From Actinomycetes bacterium (GTDB lineage: Bacteria; Actinomycetota; Thermoleophilia; BMS3ABIN01): DNA of 32,448 bases. This document shows, piece after piece, positions 1 to 8,796 of this stretch. Under the pieces are notes generated by a model. That model was not told the origin of the DNA, searched no databases, and worked only from the letters and a program-made list of their open reading frames with translations. The translations under genes were made by a program, and so were the position numbers. Numbering within the stretch: position 1 is the stretch's first letter; every line of letters begins with the position of its first letter. The stretch spans positions 11,172-43,619 of the forward strand of contig JAJYIN010000001.1 of the NCBI GenBank assembly GCA_021790075.1. The letters are read 5' to 3'.

Positions 1-15
1 CGCTCTGAATATGCT

Positions 16-342
16 GTGACGGAAAGCATCCTGGAGATCATCCAGGCCGAGGCGGCCAAGGCCGGCGCCGGCACGGTCGGTGAGGTCACGGTGGTGATCG
101 GCGAGCTGTCCAGTTTTGTTGACCGTTCCATCGAATTTTATTTTGAGGAACTCTCCAAAGGGACCGTCGCCGAAGGAGCGCGGCTCAACTTCCAGAAAGT
201 CGAAGCGCGGGCGGCCTGCCTTGATTGCGGCACCGAGTTCAGGCCCCGGCACGCCTTCTTTTCCTGCCCGCAGTGCAGCTCGCCGCTGTTCAACGTCCTG
301 CGGGGGCACGAGTTTTACGTGGAGAGCATCGATGTCGACTGA
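16..342 (+). CDS. hypA: Hydrogenase nickel metallochaperone HypA, paralog 1 (frame open to the window edge; true start may lie upstream)
   Basis: The 108-aa ORF is colinear with the HypA family. N-terminal helix SEYAVTESILEII aligns with MHE-YSV...; zinc ribbon is CLDC-X12-CPQC. Codons 1-15 are in frame with no stop, so GTG16 is only the first visible start. It sits first in a hyp operon. Confidence 0.85.
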   Translation: MTESILEIIQAEAAKAGAGTVGEVTVVIGELSSFVDRSIEFYFEELSKGTVAEGARLNFQKVEARAACLDCGTEFRPRHAFFSCPQCSSPLFNVLRGHEFYVESIDVD

Positions 343-367
343 GGCTTTATAAAGGGTTTGAACTGAA

Positions 368-1030
368 GTGAAAATCGAGGTTAAAAAGAACATCCTCGCC
401 AGTAACGCCGTGGTCGCTGCCGGCAACCGGGAACGGCTGGAGCGGCACGGCGTGTCGATGATAAACCTGATGGCGTCTCCCGGCGCCGGCAAGACCAGCG
501 TTATCACCAGGGCCATCGAGGGCGTTCGCGGCGAGCTGTCGCTGGGGGTGATCGAGGGCGACATCGCTTCAGAGATCGATTCCCTGGCCATCGAGGCTAT
601 GGACGTGCCCGCCATCCAGATCAACACCGGCGGCTCCTGCCACCTGACGGCGGCCATGGTCGGCTCGGCCCTGGATCACCTGGACCTGGGAGCGCTGGAT
701 ATGATCATCATCGAGAACGTCGGCAACCTGGTCTGCCCGGCCGAGTTCGATCTCGGAGAGACTGCCCGTGTGATGATCGCCAGTGTCGCCGAAGGCCACG
801 ACAAACCACACAAGTACCCGCTCATGTTCCGCGAAGTGGACGCGATCATCATCAACAAGATCGATTTGCTGCCGTACTGCGATTTTGACCTGCCCCAGTT
901 CCGCCAGATCGTCGCAGGACTCAACCCGGGTGCCCGTCTCCTCGAGCTGTCCTGCAAGGATGGGTTTGGCGCCGGCGACTGGTGCGACTGGCTGCTGGGC
1001 GCAGCCGCCCGGGTCAGCGGCGGCGCCTGA
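368..1030 (+). CDS. hypB: Hydrogenase nickel-insertion GTPase HypB
   Basis: Walker A SPGAGKTS, metal-site residues GGSCH and ENVGNLVCP, and NKIDL G4 motif. GTG start. No N-terminal CxxCGC or His-rich stretch. Confidence 0.92.
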   Translation: MKIEVKKNILASNAVVAAGNRERLERHGVSMINLMASPGAGKTSVITRAIEGVRGELSLGVIEGDIASEIDSLAIEAMDVPAIQINTGGSCHLTAAMVGSALDHLDLGALDMIIIENVGNLVCPAEFDLGETARVMIASVAEGHDKPHKYPLMFREVDAIIINKIDLLPYCDFDLPQFRQIVAGLNPGARLLELSCKDGFGAGDWCDWLLGAAARVSGGA

Positions 1031-1149
1031 GAGGAACCGCGGGCCGATCGGAGTATAACCGCCCGGGGTGGCGGCAGCGCCGGAGAGGAACCGGAGGCTG
1101 ATCCGGCAGGCAATCCGGATTCAACTCCGGCAGAGGACTGGTTCCGAGC

Positions 1150-1569
1150 ATGAATGAGATGGACATCAGCGAAAGGATCCTGGAGACGGCCTGCGCCGAG
1201 GCAGAGCGCACCGGCGGCCGCGTCGTTACCCTGAGCGTCTCGGTCGGGTCGCTGTCTGGCTGCCATATCCCGTCGCTAAAGACCTGGCTCGAGGAGCTTT
1301 CCCGCGGCACCGCCGCCGAGGGTTGCACCGTGGATCTCCTGGCGGCGGAGCCGCTGGCCCGCTGCCTTGGCTGCAGCCGCGTCTTCGCCCCTGAGAGAGA
1401 CCGGCCCGCCTGCAGTTGCGGCTCGACTGTTTTTTCTCTCATTTCCGGTCAGGAAGCCTGTCTGGACAGCTTCGTGCTCGAATACCCAGATGCGGATGGG
1501 CCGCCGCTTGGATTCGGGCCGGCAGACCCTGACTCCCCGGGTTACAACGTATTGCCGGCCGACGGCTAG
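1150..1569 (+). CDS. HypA-like metallochaperone, divergent paralog 2 with a C-terminal Pro/Asp/Gly-rich extension
   Basis: MNEMDISERILETA aligns position for position with the MHE-YSV N-terminus of HypA, with His2 replaced by Asn. The zinc-ribbon-like site is CLGC-X12-CSC, so the second pair is CxC rather than CxxC. AGAGGA lies 13 nt upstream of the ATG. About 30 extra C-terminal residues (PDADGPPLGFGPADPDSPGYNVLPADG). Confidence 0.7.
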   Translation: MNEMDISERILETACAEAERTGGRVVTLSVSVGSLSGCHIPSLKTWLEELSRGTAAEGCTVDLLAAEPLARCLGCSRVFAPERDRPACSCGSTVFSLISGQEACLDSFVLEYPDADGPPLGFGPADPDSPGYNVLPADG

Positions 1570-1589
1570 CCGGCCGGGTCAGTCATCCC

Positions 1590-4010
1590 ATGAACACGCC
1601 TTCCGGGAAAGCCAGCACCGATTCGGGCGCCACCGGCGTCGTTCGCGTTCTCATCTCCATCACCGGGGTCGTGCAGGGGGTCGGTTTCCGGCCGTTCATC
1701 TACCAGAAGGCGAGTAGCCTGGGCCTGTGCGGCAGTGTCATCAATACGTCGGCCGGGGTAACCATTGACGTCGAAGGCCCGGCGGCGGCCGTCGAAACGC
1801 TGATCTCGTCGCTGCCGGCGGATGCTCCGCCGCGGGCCGTGATCGGCTCCATGGCGGTTGAAGGAGCAAAGCCGGAGGGGCGGCGCGGCTTCGAGATCGG
1901 TGCTTCGGCGCGGCTGGCCGGCCTCTCGCAGCTGGTGTGTCCCGACAGCTGCACCTGCGATGACTGCCTGGCCGAGCTGCGGGAACCGGCCGGCCGGCGT
2001 TTCCGTTATCCCTTTATCAACTGCACCAACTGCGGGCCCCGGTTTACTATCATCGAGGACCTCCCTTACGACCGGCCTTTGACCACAATGAAGAACTTCG
2101 ATATGTGTGATGATTGCCGGGCCGAATACGAAGACCCGGCCGACCGGCGTTTCCACGCCGAGCCCAACGCCTGCCCCGTTTGCGGGCCCAGCCTGTGGCT
2201 GGCCGATCACGAAGGCGTGGCCCTGCCGGTTTCCGACGCCATCGAGGCGGCGGCGGCGGCGCTCAGGGACGGCCAGATACTGGCGATCAAGAGCCTGGGC
2301 GGTTTCCAGCTGGCCTGCCTGGCTACGGATGAGGCCGTGGTGGGGCGCCTGCGGCGGCGCAAGCGCCGGCCCCACAAGCCCTTTGCCCTGATGGCCGCCT
2401 CGATCGAGGACGCCGCGATGATTTGCCATATCTCTGCCCGCGAAGGGGAGTTGCTTGCGGCCGTCGAACGGCCAATTGTTCTCCTGCGCCGTCATGCTGA
2501 TAGCGGCATTGCCGCATCGGTCGCTCCGGGGCTGGCCCATCTGGGAGTGATGCTGCCGTATACGCCGCTCCATTTCCTGCTCATGGACGCCGTGGGCACG
2601 CCCCTGGTGATGACCAGCGGCAACCTCACCGAGGAACCCATCTGCCGCACCAATGCGGAAGCCATTGAGCGCCTGGCGCCGGTGGCCGACCTGTTCCTGC
2701 TTCATAACCGGGGGATCCGTTCCACTTACGACGACAGTGTATTCATGGTGGAGCAGGACCGGCCGCTGGCGATCCGCCGGGCCCGCGGCTATGCGCCCCT
2801 GCCGGTAAGGCTGCCCCGGGACGGCCCGCCGCTTCTGGCCGGCGGCGCCGGCCTCAAGAACACTTTTTGCCTGTCGCTGGGGCGGGATGCCTTTGTCTCC
2901 CAGCACATCGGGGATCTGGAAAACGCCGAGACGCTGCTTCATTACGAGCGCACCGAGAGCCTTTACGAACGCCTGTTCTCCATCCGGCCGGAGGCATTTG
3001 CCTGCGACCGCCATCCTGATTATCTCTCCTCGATATTCATCAAGGAGCGCAACCCGGAGCCCCTGCAGTTTCAGCACCATCGCGCCCATGTGGCTGCCTG
3101 CCTGGCGGATAACGGTTTTACCGGAGCTGCGGTGGGAGTGGCCCTCGACGGCACCGGCCTGGGCGACGACGGCGCTATCTGGGGCGGCGAGTTCTTCACC
3201 GGCGGGCTGGACAGCGGGCTGGAGCGGGCGGCGCACCTGGAGTATTTCCAGCTGCTGGGCGGCGAGGCGGCTATTCACGAACCCTGGCGCACCGCTCTGG
3301 CGCTGGTATGGAAATACGCGCCCGGCGACCTGGACTTTGTGGCCAGGCTGCTGGACATTCCGGGCACCAAGCAGGAACTGCTCATGCGCCAGCTCAAGAC
3401 CGGCCTGAACTGTCCGCAGACTTCCAGCTTTGGGCGCCTGGTCGACGGAGCCGCCGCCCTGGCGCTGGGGCGCCACCAGGCCACTTACGAGGCGCAGGCG
3501 GCGGTGGAGCTGGAAGCAGCCGCCTGGCGGCGGGTGTGGAAGCTGGAGGCTGAAGGCAGGCAGCCTGGCGGCGGCCCTTCGTTTGACGAAGTGGCCACAC
3601 CCGCAATCGACGGCGCTTCCGGCGCTGATGAGCCCAGGTTATCCGACCTCGCTTACCGGTTTTCCCTTAATTTTCAGGCAACGCCATGGACTCTTTCCCC
3701 CCAGAGGTCGATCCTGCGGTTGATCGCCGACCTGAAACAGGAGGAAGATCCGGAAGTGATGGCGCTGCGCTTTCACCTGGGGCTGGCAGAGGCTATAGTA
3801 CGAACCAGCACCAAGCTGGCCGAGCACCATGGGCTCAGGACCGCGGCCCTGAGTGGGGGCGTATTTCAGAACCGGCTGCTGTCGCGGCTAGTGCGGGAAG
3901 GACTGGCCCGTGAGGGGCTGGAAGTGCTCGGCCACCAGCAGCTGCCTCCCAACGATGGCTGCATTTCCTATGGCCAGGCGGTGCTGGCCCGTTACGCTTA
4001 CAAGGAGTAA
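1590..4010 (+). CDS. hypF: Carbamoyltransferase HypF
   Basis: 806 aa. Acylphosphatase motif VQGVGFRPF; two zinc-finger repeats (CDDCLAEL...NCTNCGPRF and CDDCRAEY...ACPVCGPSL); YrdC-like LAIKSLGGFQLAC; Kae1-like C-terminal domain. Confidence 0.96.
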   Translation: MNTPSGKASTDSGATGVVRVLISITGVVQGVGFRPFIYQKASSLGLCGSVINTSAGVTIDVEGPAAAVETLISSLPADAPPRAVIGSMAVEGAKPEGRRGFEIGASARLAGLSQLVCPDSCTCDDCLAELREPAGRRFRYPFINCTNCGPRFTIIEDLPYDRPLTTMKNFDMCDDCRAEYEDPADRRFHAEPNACPVCGPSLWLADHEGVALPVSDAIEAAAAALRDGQILAIKSLGGFQLACLATDEAVVGRLRRRKRRPHKPFALMAASIEDAAMICHISAREGELLAAVERPIVLLRRHADSGIAASVAPGLAHLGVMLPYTPLHFLLMDAVGTPLVMTSGNLTEEPICRTNAEAIERLAPVADLFLLHNRGIRSTYDDSVFMVEQDRPLAIRRARGYAPLPVRLPRDGPPLLAGGAGLKNTFCLSLGRDAFVSQHIGDLENAETLLHYERTESLYERLFSIRPEAFACDRHPDYLSSIFIKERNPEPLQFQHHRAHVAACLADNGFTGAAVGVALDGTGLGDDGAIWGGEFFTGGLDSGLERAAHLEYFQLLGGEAAIHEPWRTALALVWKYAPGDLDFVARLLDIPGTKQELLMRQLKTGLNCPQTSSFGRLVDGAAALALGRHQATYEAQAAVELEAAAWRRVWKLEAEGRQPGGGPSFDEVATPAIDGASGADEPRLSDLAYRFSLNFQATPWTLSPQRSILRLIADLKQEEDPEVMALRFHLGLAEAIVRTSTKLAEHHGLRTAALSGGVFQNRLLSRLVREGLAREGLEVLGHQQLPPNDGCISYGQAVLARYAYKE

Positions 4011-4012
4011 AC

Positions 4013-4282
4013 ATGTGCCTGGCAGTCCCGGCCCGGATAATCGGGCTTGAAAACCAGATGGCGACCGTCGAGCTCGGCGGCCTCACGCGGCAGGCGTCCA
4101 CGGCGCTGCTGCCGGAGGCGGCTCTGGGGGATTACGTGCTCGTCCATGCCGGCTTTGCCATCTCCCTGGTCGACGAGCAGGAAGCACTGGAGACGCTGCG
4201 CCTGTTTGAAGAGATAGCGGTGGCGGAAGCGGATGCCGAAGCCGCGGAGGCGGAAGATTGGGCCGGCCTTGACCAGGACTGA
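4013..4282 (+). CDS. hypC: Hydrogenase assembly chaperone HypC
   Basis: Diagnostic N-terminus MCLAVPARI. 89 aa with an acidic tail. Starts 2 nt after the hypF stop. Confidence 0.93.
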   Translation: MCLAVPARIIGLENQMATVELGGLTRQASTALLPEAALGDYVLVHAGFAISLVDEQEALETLRLFEEIAVAEADAEAAEAEDWAGLDQD

Positions 4283-4283
4283 C

Positions 4284-5378
4284 ATGCGGCTTGCCTTCCT
4301 GGACGATTTCCGGAACCAGGAACACGCCGCCCGGCTGCTCGCGCAGCTCCATGAAGAGCGCCCGCCCGCCGTCCCGCTGAAGATCATGGAAGTATGCGGC
4401 ACGCACACGATGGCGATCTCGCGGCACGGCATCAGGCAGGCGATCCCGGCCTGGGTCCGCCTCATCTCCGGACCGGGCTGCCCCGTCTGCGTCACCGCCA
4501 ACTCCGACATCGACACCTTTATCGAGATGGCCCGGCAGCCGGGCGTGATCGCCGCTACCTTTGGCGACATGCTCAAGGTGCCGGGCACGCGTATGGGACT
4601 GGCCGAGGCCAGGAGCCGGGGCGCGCGCGTCCATGTCGTTTATTCCACCCTCGATGCCCTCAGGCTGGCCCGGGAGAACCAAGGCAAGCAGGTGATCTTC
4701 TTTGGGGTGGGCTTCGAGACAACGGCGCCCACCGTGGCGGCGGCGCTCCTGCAGGCCCGCGAGGAGAACCTCACTAACTTCTTTGTCCTGTCGGTCCACA
4801 AGCTGGTGCCGCCGGCCCTGGAGGCGTTGTGCGCCTCCCCGGAGCTGGCCGTGGACGCCTTCCTCTGCCCCGGTCATGTGTCGGCCATCATCGGCCCGGC
4901 CGCCTACGAGCCGGTCGCACGAGACCACAAGGTGCCTTGTGTTATCTCGGGCTTCGAGCCCGCCGATATCCTCCAGTCACTGGCGATGCTGGCGCAGCAG
5001 GTGGCGGAGGGCCGCTCAGAGGTTGAGCTACAGTATACCCGTGGTGTTCGCGCCGGCGGCAACCCCGCCGCCCGCGAGCTGATGGCGACCGTGTTCGAGC
5101 CGGCTGATGCCCGGTGGCGCGGGCTGGGAACGATACCAGGGAGTGGCCTCAGGCTGCGGCAGGAGTTCTCCGCCTTTGACGCCGCTGCCCGTTTCCCGGT
5201 CGACGCCGGCTATTCACGGGAGCCCAAGGGATGCATCTGCGGCTCCATTCTGACCGGGAAGAAGACCCCACCCGACTGCGCCCTCTTCGGCCGCGGCTGC
5301 ACGCCGGACCACCCCGTGGGACCATGCATGGTATCATCGGAAGGAACCTGCGCCGCCTATTTCCATTATGAGGTTTAG
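4284..5378 (+). CDS. hypD: Hydrogenase maturation Fe-S protein HypD
   Basis: Motifs GPGCPVCV and FGVGFETTAP, plus the C-terminal Cys cluster CICGSIL...PPDCALFGRGCTPDHPVGPCMVSSEGTCAAY. I chose ATG 4284 (MRLAFLDDFRNQE), 1 nt after the hypC stop, over the ORF-track start 4233, which overlaps hypC. Confidence 0.93.
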   Translation: MRLAFLDDFRNQEHAARLLAQLHEERPPAVPLKIMEVCGTHTMAISRHGIRQAIPAWVRLISGPGCPVCVTANSDIDTFIEMARQPGVIAATFGDMLKVPGTRMGLAEARSRGARVHVVYSTLDALRLARENQGKQVIFFGVGFETTAPTVAAALLQAREENLTNFFVLSVHKLVPPALEALCASPELAVDAFLCPGHVSAIIGPAAYEPVARDHKVPCVISGFEPADILQSLAMLAQQVAEGRSEVELQYTRGVRAGGNPAARELMATVFEPADARWRGLGTIPGSGLRLRQEFSAFDAAARFPVDAGYSREPKGCICGSILTGKKTPPDCALFGRGCTPDHPVGPCMVSSEGTCAAYFHYEV

Positions 5379-5511
5379 AGCCTATTTCGACAGGTATATT
5401 CTGCTGCGGTCGGCTGCAAAGCCTTTGGGCTGCGTCCTCGGAGCACAAAGTCCTGACGTACCGCAGAGGACCGGAGCGAACCGGCTGCCGGAATCGTGAG
5501 TCGCGACAAGC

Positions 5512-6531
5512 ATGAATGATGAAGAGAAAAAGGTGATGCTGGCCCATGGCAGCGGCGGCCGCCTGACACAGGAACTGGTGCAGTCGGTATTCGCCGCCGG
5601 CTTGGGCAACCCGATCCTGGACAGGATGGAGGACGCGGCCACGCTGGAGCTGCAGGGCCGGCTGGCGTTCACTACTGACAGCCACGTGGTCTCCCCCCTC
5701 TTCTTCCCCGGCGGCGACATCGGCCGCCTCTCCCTGACCGGCACCGTCAACGACCTGGCCATGATGGGAGCCGTCCCTCTGTACGTTGCCGCCGGTTTCA
5801 TCATCGAGGAAGGGTTTCCACTGGCCGAGTTGGGACGGATCGTCACCTCGATGCGCGAAGCCTCCCGGGAAGCCGGGGTCCAGGTGGTGGCGGGCGATAC
5901 CAAGGTTGTGGAGAGAGGCGCCGCCGACGGCGTTTTCATCACCACCAGCGGCATCGGGCTCATCCCGGACGGCGTCCGCATCAGCGCCGCCGCCGCCAGC
6001 CCCGGCGATGCGGTAATCGTGAGCGGCACCATCGGCGACCATGGCGTGGCCATCCTGAGCCAGCGCCAGGGAATGGATTTTGAAGTGGAGCTACGCAGTG
6101 ATTGCGCTCCCCTGGGGGGACTGGTGCGCGGGATGCTGGAAGCTTCGCGGCGCATCCGGGTGCTGCGCGACCCTACCCGCGGCGGGCTGGCAGCGGTGCT
6201 CAACGAGATCGCTATTGCTTCGGGAGTGTCCGTCGAGATCGACGAGGAACGGATCCCCTTCCGGCCGGAAGTGCGGGCCGCATCCGAACTGCTCGGCCTG
6301 GACCCCCTGGTGATGGCCAACGAGGGCAAGCTGGTGGCCGTGGTGGCGGCGCAGGACGCCGGCAGGGTCCTGGAAGTCATGCGCAGCCACTCTCTGGGGA
6401 GCGAAGCCACCGTCATCGGCCGCGTCGAGACTGCCGCCGGAGAACGGCCGCGCGTGTTCGCCCGGACCATTCTGGGCAGCCGCCGGATCCTGTCGATGCC
6501 ATCCGGCGAGCAGTTGCCCCGCATCTGTTAG
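5512..6531 (+). CDS. hypE: Hydrogenase maturation protein HypE (carbamoyl dehydratase)
   Basis: PurM-like fold signature LAHGSGG and the invariant C-terminal PRIC motif. An in-frame TGA at 5497-5499 bounds the start. Confidence 0.96.
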   Translation: MNDEEKKVMLAHGSGGRLTQELVQSVFAAGLGNPILDRMEDAATLELQGRLAFTTDSHVVSPLFFPGGDIGRLSLTGTVNDLAMMGAVPLYVAAGFIIEEGFPLAELGRIVTSMREASREAGVQVVAGDTKVVERGAADGVFITTSGIGLIPDGVRISAAAASPGDAVIVSGTIGDHGVAILSQRQGMDFEVELRSDCAPLGGLVRGMLEASRRIRVLRDPTRGGLAAVLNEIAIASGVSVEIDEERIPFRPEVRAASELLGLDPLVMANEGKLVAVVAAQDAGRVLEVMRSHSLGSEATVIGRVETAAGERPRVFARTILGSRRILSMPSGEQLPRIC

Positions 6532-6619
6532 GACTTGCGGGCCGGTTTCCAGCTGAAGGTCCGCGGCCAATACCCGGTGTAAGCCGGGCTGACGCCATCA
6601 GTAAAACCCTGCCGCCAGG

Positions 6620-6648
6620 TTGAAAGCCGCAATCCGCAGGACTAGAAT
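6620..6648 (+). promoter_or_regulatory. Sigma-70-type promoter for the riboswitch-kimA transcript
   Basis: TTGAAA (6620-6625), a 17-nt spacer, then TAGAAT (6643-6648), immediately upstream of the aptamer. Confidence 0.55.
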
Positions 6649-6832
6649 GTGACTGCTTACATAGACTTGAGCCTAAACCCGTGATGAGCGGGTACGGAGG
6701 AACCAGGTTCCAGGGGCGAATCCGCGCGCAGGGCAGCATGGCAGCATAACATGACAGCCGTGCCGCGGCAGGGCACTTCCAAGCCCGAGCCCGTCAGCTA
6801 ACTCCGCCGGCGTTTGGAAGGCAACGAACAGA
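6649..6832 (+). promoter_or_regulatory. c-di-AMP riboswitch aptamer (ydaO/yuaA = kimA class); ends approximate
   Basis: The conserved blocks of the class appear in the right order: GACTGCTTAC...GAGCC, TACGGAGGAACCA, GGGGCGAATCC, and CCCGAGCCCGTCAGCTAACTCCGCCGGCG. Compare B. subtilis GGGGGACCCA, GGGGUGAAUCC and CCCGAACCCGUCAGCUAACCUCGUAAGCG. It lies upstream of a KimA homolog, the founding genetic context of this class. Confidence 0.85.
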
Positions 6833-6843
6833 GGTCAGATGTC

Positions 6844-6868
6844 AACCGCTGCTCGCTGGCGGTTTTTT
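6844..6868 (+). terminator. Intrinsic terminator forming the riboswitch expression platform
   Basis: Stem AACCGCUG / UGGCGGUU (6 Watson-Crick plus 2 G-U pairs), loop CUCGC, then UUUU. The 3' arm (6854-6862, CGCTGGCGG) can pair instead over 9 bp with the aptamer 3' strand CCGCCGGCG (6804-6812). Confidence 0.65.
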
Positions 6869-6899
6869 AAATGCCATATTTTTCTGGTCTGAGGTTGGA

Positions 6900-8714
6900 A
6901 TGTCGTTAAAACGTATGCTGATCGGGCAGCCGATCGAGACCGTGCAGGAGAAGCACGAACGCCTCTCCAAGGTCACAGGGCTGGCCATCTTTTCTTCTGA
7001 CAACCTCTCCTCGGTCGCGTATGCAACCGAGGAGATCCTGCTGGCGCTGATGGTGGCCGGCACGGCGCTGCTCAATTACGCCCTGTTCATCGCCATCGCT
7101 ATCGCAGCTCTGCTGGCAATCATCGCCATTTCGTACTTCCAGACCATCCATGCCTACCCCACGGGCGGCGGTTCCTACATCGTGGCCAAGGATAACCTCG
7201 GCACGGTGTCCGGTCTGGTCGCCGGGGCGGCGCTCCTGATCGACTATGTGCTGACCGTTGCCGTCAGCATTACCGCCGGCATTGCCGCGGTCACCTCGGC
7301 GGTTCCCTCCCTCTACGAGCACAGGGTGCTGCTCTGCCTGATCGCCATCGTCATCCTCATGCTCGGAAACCTCAGGGGATTGCGCGAAGCCGGCAAGTTG
7401 TTCGCTCTGCCTACCTATTTCTTTATCTTCAGCCTGCTGGGACTGATCGGCGTCGGCCTCTTCAAGGCCTTCACCGGCGCCGTGGCGCCCGCGCCCCTGC
7501 CGCCCATCACGGCCGCCGTCAGTTACGTGCCCCTGCTCGTCGTCCTGCGCGCGTTCGCATCCGGCTGCGCGGCCGTGACCGGTATCGAAGCCGTCTCCAA
7601 CGGCGTCAGCGCCTTCAAACCGCCGGAGGCCCGCAACGCCAGCATGACGCTCCTGATAATGGCGGCCCTCCTGGGGATCATGTTTGTCGGCACCTCTTTC
7701 CTGGCCGACCATTTCAACATCATCCCGGTGGAGAACCAGACCGTGCTCTCACTGCTGGCGGCCACGATCTTTTCCAAGGGTGTCATCTATTACCTGATCC
7801 AGGCGGCCACGGCGCTGATCCTGATACTGGCCGCCAATACATCCTTCCAGGACTTCCCCCGCCTGTCGTCCGTGATGGCCGCCGACGGTTTCATGCCCCG
7901 GCAGCTGGGCAGCCGCGGCGACCGGCTGGTGTTTTCCAACGGCATCATCATCCTGGGAGGCTTCGCCGCCGTGCTGGTGATCGTCTTCGGTGGCGATACG
8001 CATCGCCTGATTCCGCTGTACGCGGTCGGCGTCTTTCTCGCCATCACCCTCTCCCAGGCAGGCATGGTCAAGCATTGGCTCAGCAATCGGGAAAAGCACT
8101 GGCGCCGGAATATCCTCATCAACGGCCTGGGGGCGTTTACCACCACCATCGTGGTCATTATCATCGTCTGGTCCAAGTTCCGGGACGGGGCCTGGATCGT
8201 GGTCCTCGCCATTCCGCTGATCGTTTACCTGACCATGCAGGTAAAACGCCATTACGATTCCATCGCCAGGCAGCTGTCGCTGGAAGGGGAGGCGCCCCAG
8301 GCCGAGTTCTCGCACCATTCGGTGATCATACCGGTCTCCGGGGTACAGCGCGCGGTCGTGGGCGCGGTCAGGTACGCCAAGGTGCTGTCTGACGACGTCA
8401 CGGCCGTCTATGTGTGTTTCGACCCGGCAGCTACCGCAAAGGTGAGGGAGAAATGGGAGCAGTACGGCATGGGCGTGCCGCTGCTGGTGCTGGACTCACC
8501 CTACCGCTCGGTGATCGAGCCGCTGATGGAATACATCGAGGGCGTGCGCGAAATCCATCCCGACGGCGTCATCACCGTCATCCTGCCTGAATTCGTGCCC
8601 CAGCGCTGGTGGCATCACCTGCTGCATAACCAGACCGCGCTGCTGATCAAAGGTATTTTACTGTTCAAAAAAGGTGTGGTGGCCACCAGCGTGCCGCTGC
8701 ACCTGCGGGCCTAG
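6900..8714 (+). CDS. kimA: KimA-type K+/H+ symporter (APC superfamily, YdaO family)
   Basis: 604 aa, similar in size to B. subtilis KimA. N-terminal signature LIGQPIE...ERLSKVTGLAIFSSDNLSSVAYATEEIL, about 12 TM helices and a C-terminal cytosolic domain. GAGG RBS lies 6 nt upstream of the ATG. Preceded by a c-di-AMP riboswitch. Confidence 0.85.
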   Translation: MSLKRMLIGQPIETVQEKHERLSKVTGLAIFSSDNLSSVAYATEEILLALMVAGTALLNYALFIAIAIAALLAIIAISYFQTIHAYPTGGGSYIVAKDNLGTVSGLVAGAALLIDYVLTVAVSITAGIAAVTSAVPSLYEHRVLLCLIAIVILMLGNLRGLREAGKLFALPTYFFIFSLLGLIGVGLFKAFTGAVAPAPLPPITAAVSYVPLLVVLRAFASGCAAVTGIEAVSNGVSAFKPPEARNASMTLLIMAALLGIMFVGTSFLADHFNIIPVENQTVLSLLAATIFSKGVIYYLIQAATALILILAANTSFQDFPRLSSVMAADGFMPRQLGSRGDRLVFSNGIIILGGFAAVLVIVFGGDTHRLIPLYAVGVFLAITLSQAGMVKHWLSNREKHWRRNILINGLGAFTTTIVVIIIVWSKFRDGAWIVVLAIPLIVYLTMQVKRHYDSIARQLSLEGEAPQAEFSHHSVIIPVSGVQRAVVGAVRYAKVLSDDVTAVYVCFDPAATAKVREKWEQYGMGVPLLVLDSPYRSVIEPLMEYIEGVREIHPDGVITVILPEFVPQRWWHHLLHNQTALLIKGILLFKKGVVATSVPLHLRA

Positions 8715-8796
8715 CCGGGCTTTCTGCTGAGGCTAGACCGTGAAGCGTGCGGCGGCCTGGTGGCCTCTCCCGGCCGCAGGCCAGCTCAACCTGCTG

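Noticed and set aside
1029-1106. Direct repeat GAGAGGAACCG at 1029-1039 and 1083-1093, with extended similarity, in the hypB-hypA' spacer
   Set aside because: It is short and SD-like and could arise by chance or as a remnant of the hypA duplication. No function can be supported from sequence alone.
1566-3476. 636-aa ORF antisense to hypF, plus similar long ORFs at 676-1266, 4083-4928, 5149-6042, 5382-6524, 6906-7712, 7749-8318 and 9325-9978
   Set aside because: All lie opposite to or overlap genes with unambiguous family signatures. Their translations are Arg/Gly/Pro/Ala-rich low-complexity sequence with no motifs. Long stop-free shadow frames are expected at this GC content.
4233-4283. 17-codon extension of hypD overlapping hypC
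   Set aside because: The HypD family N-terminus matches MRLAFLDDFRNQE. ATG 4284 directly follows the hypC stop, as in coupled hyp operons.
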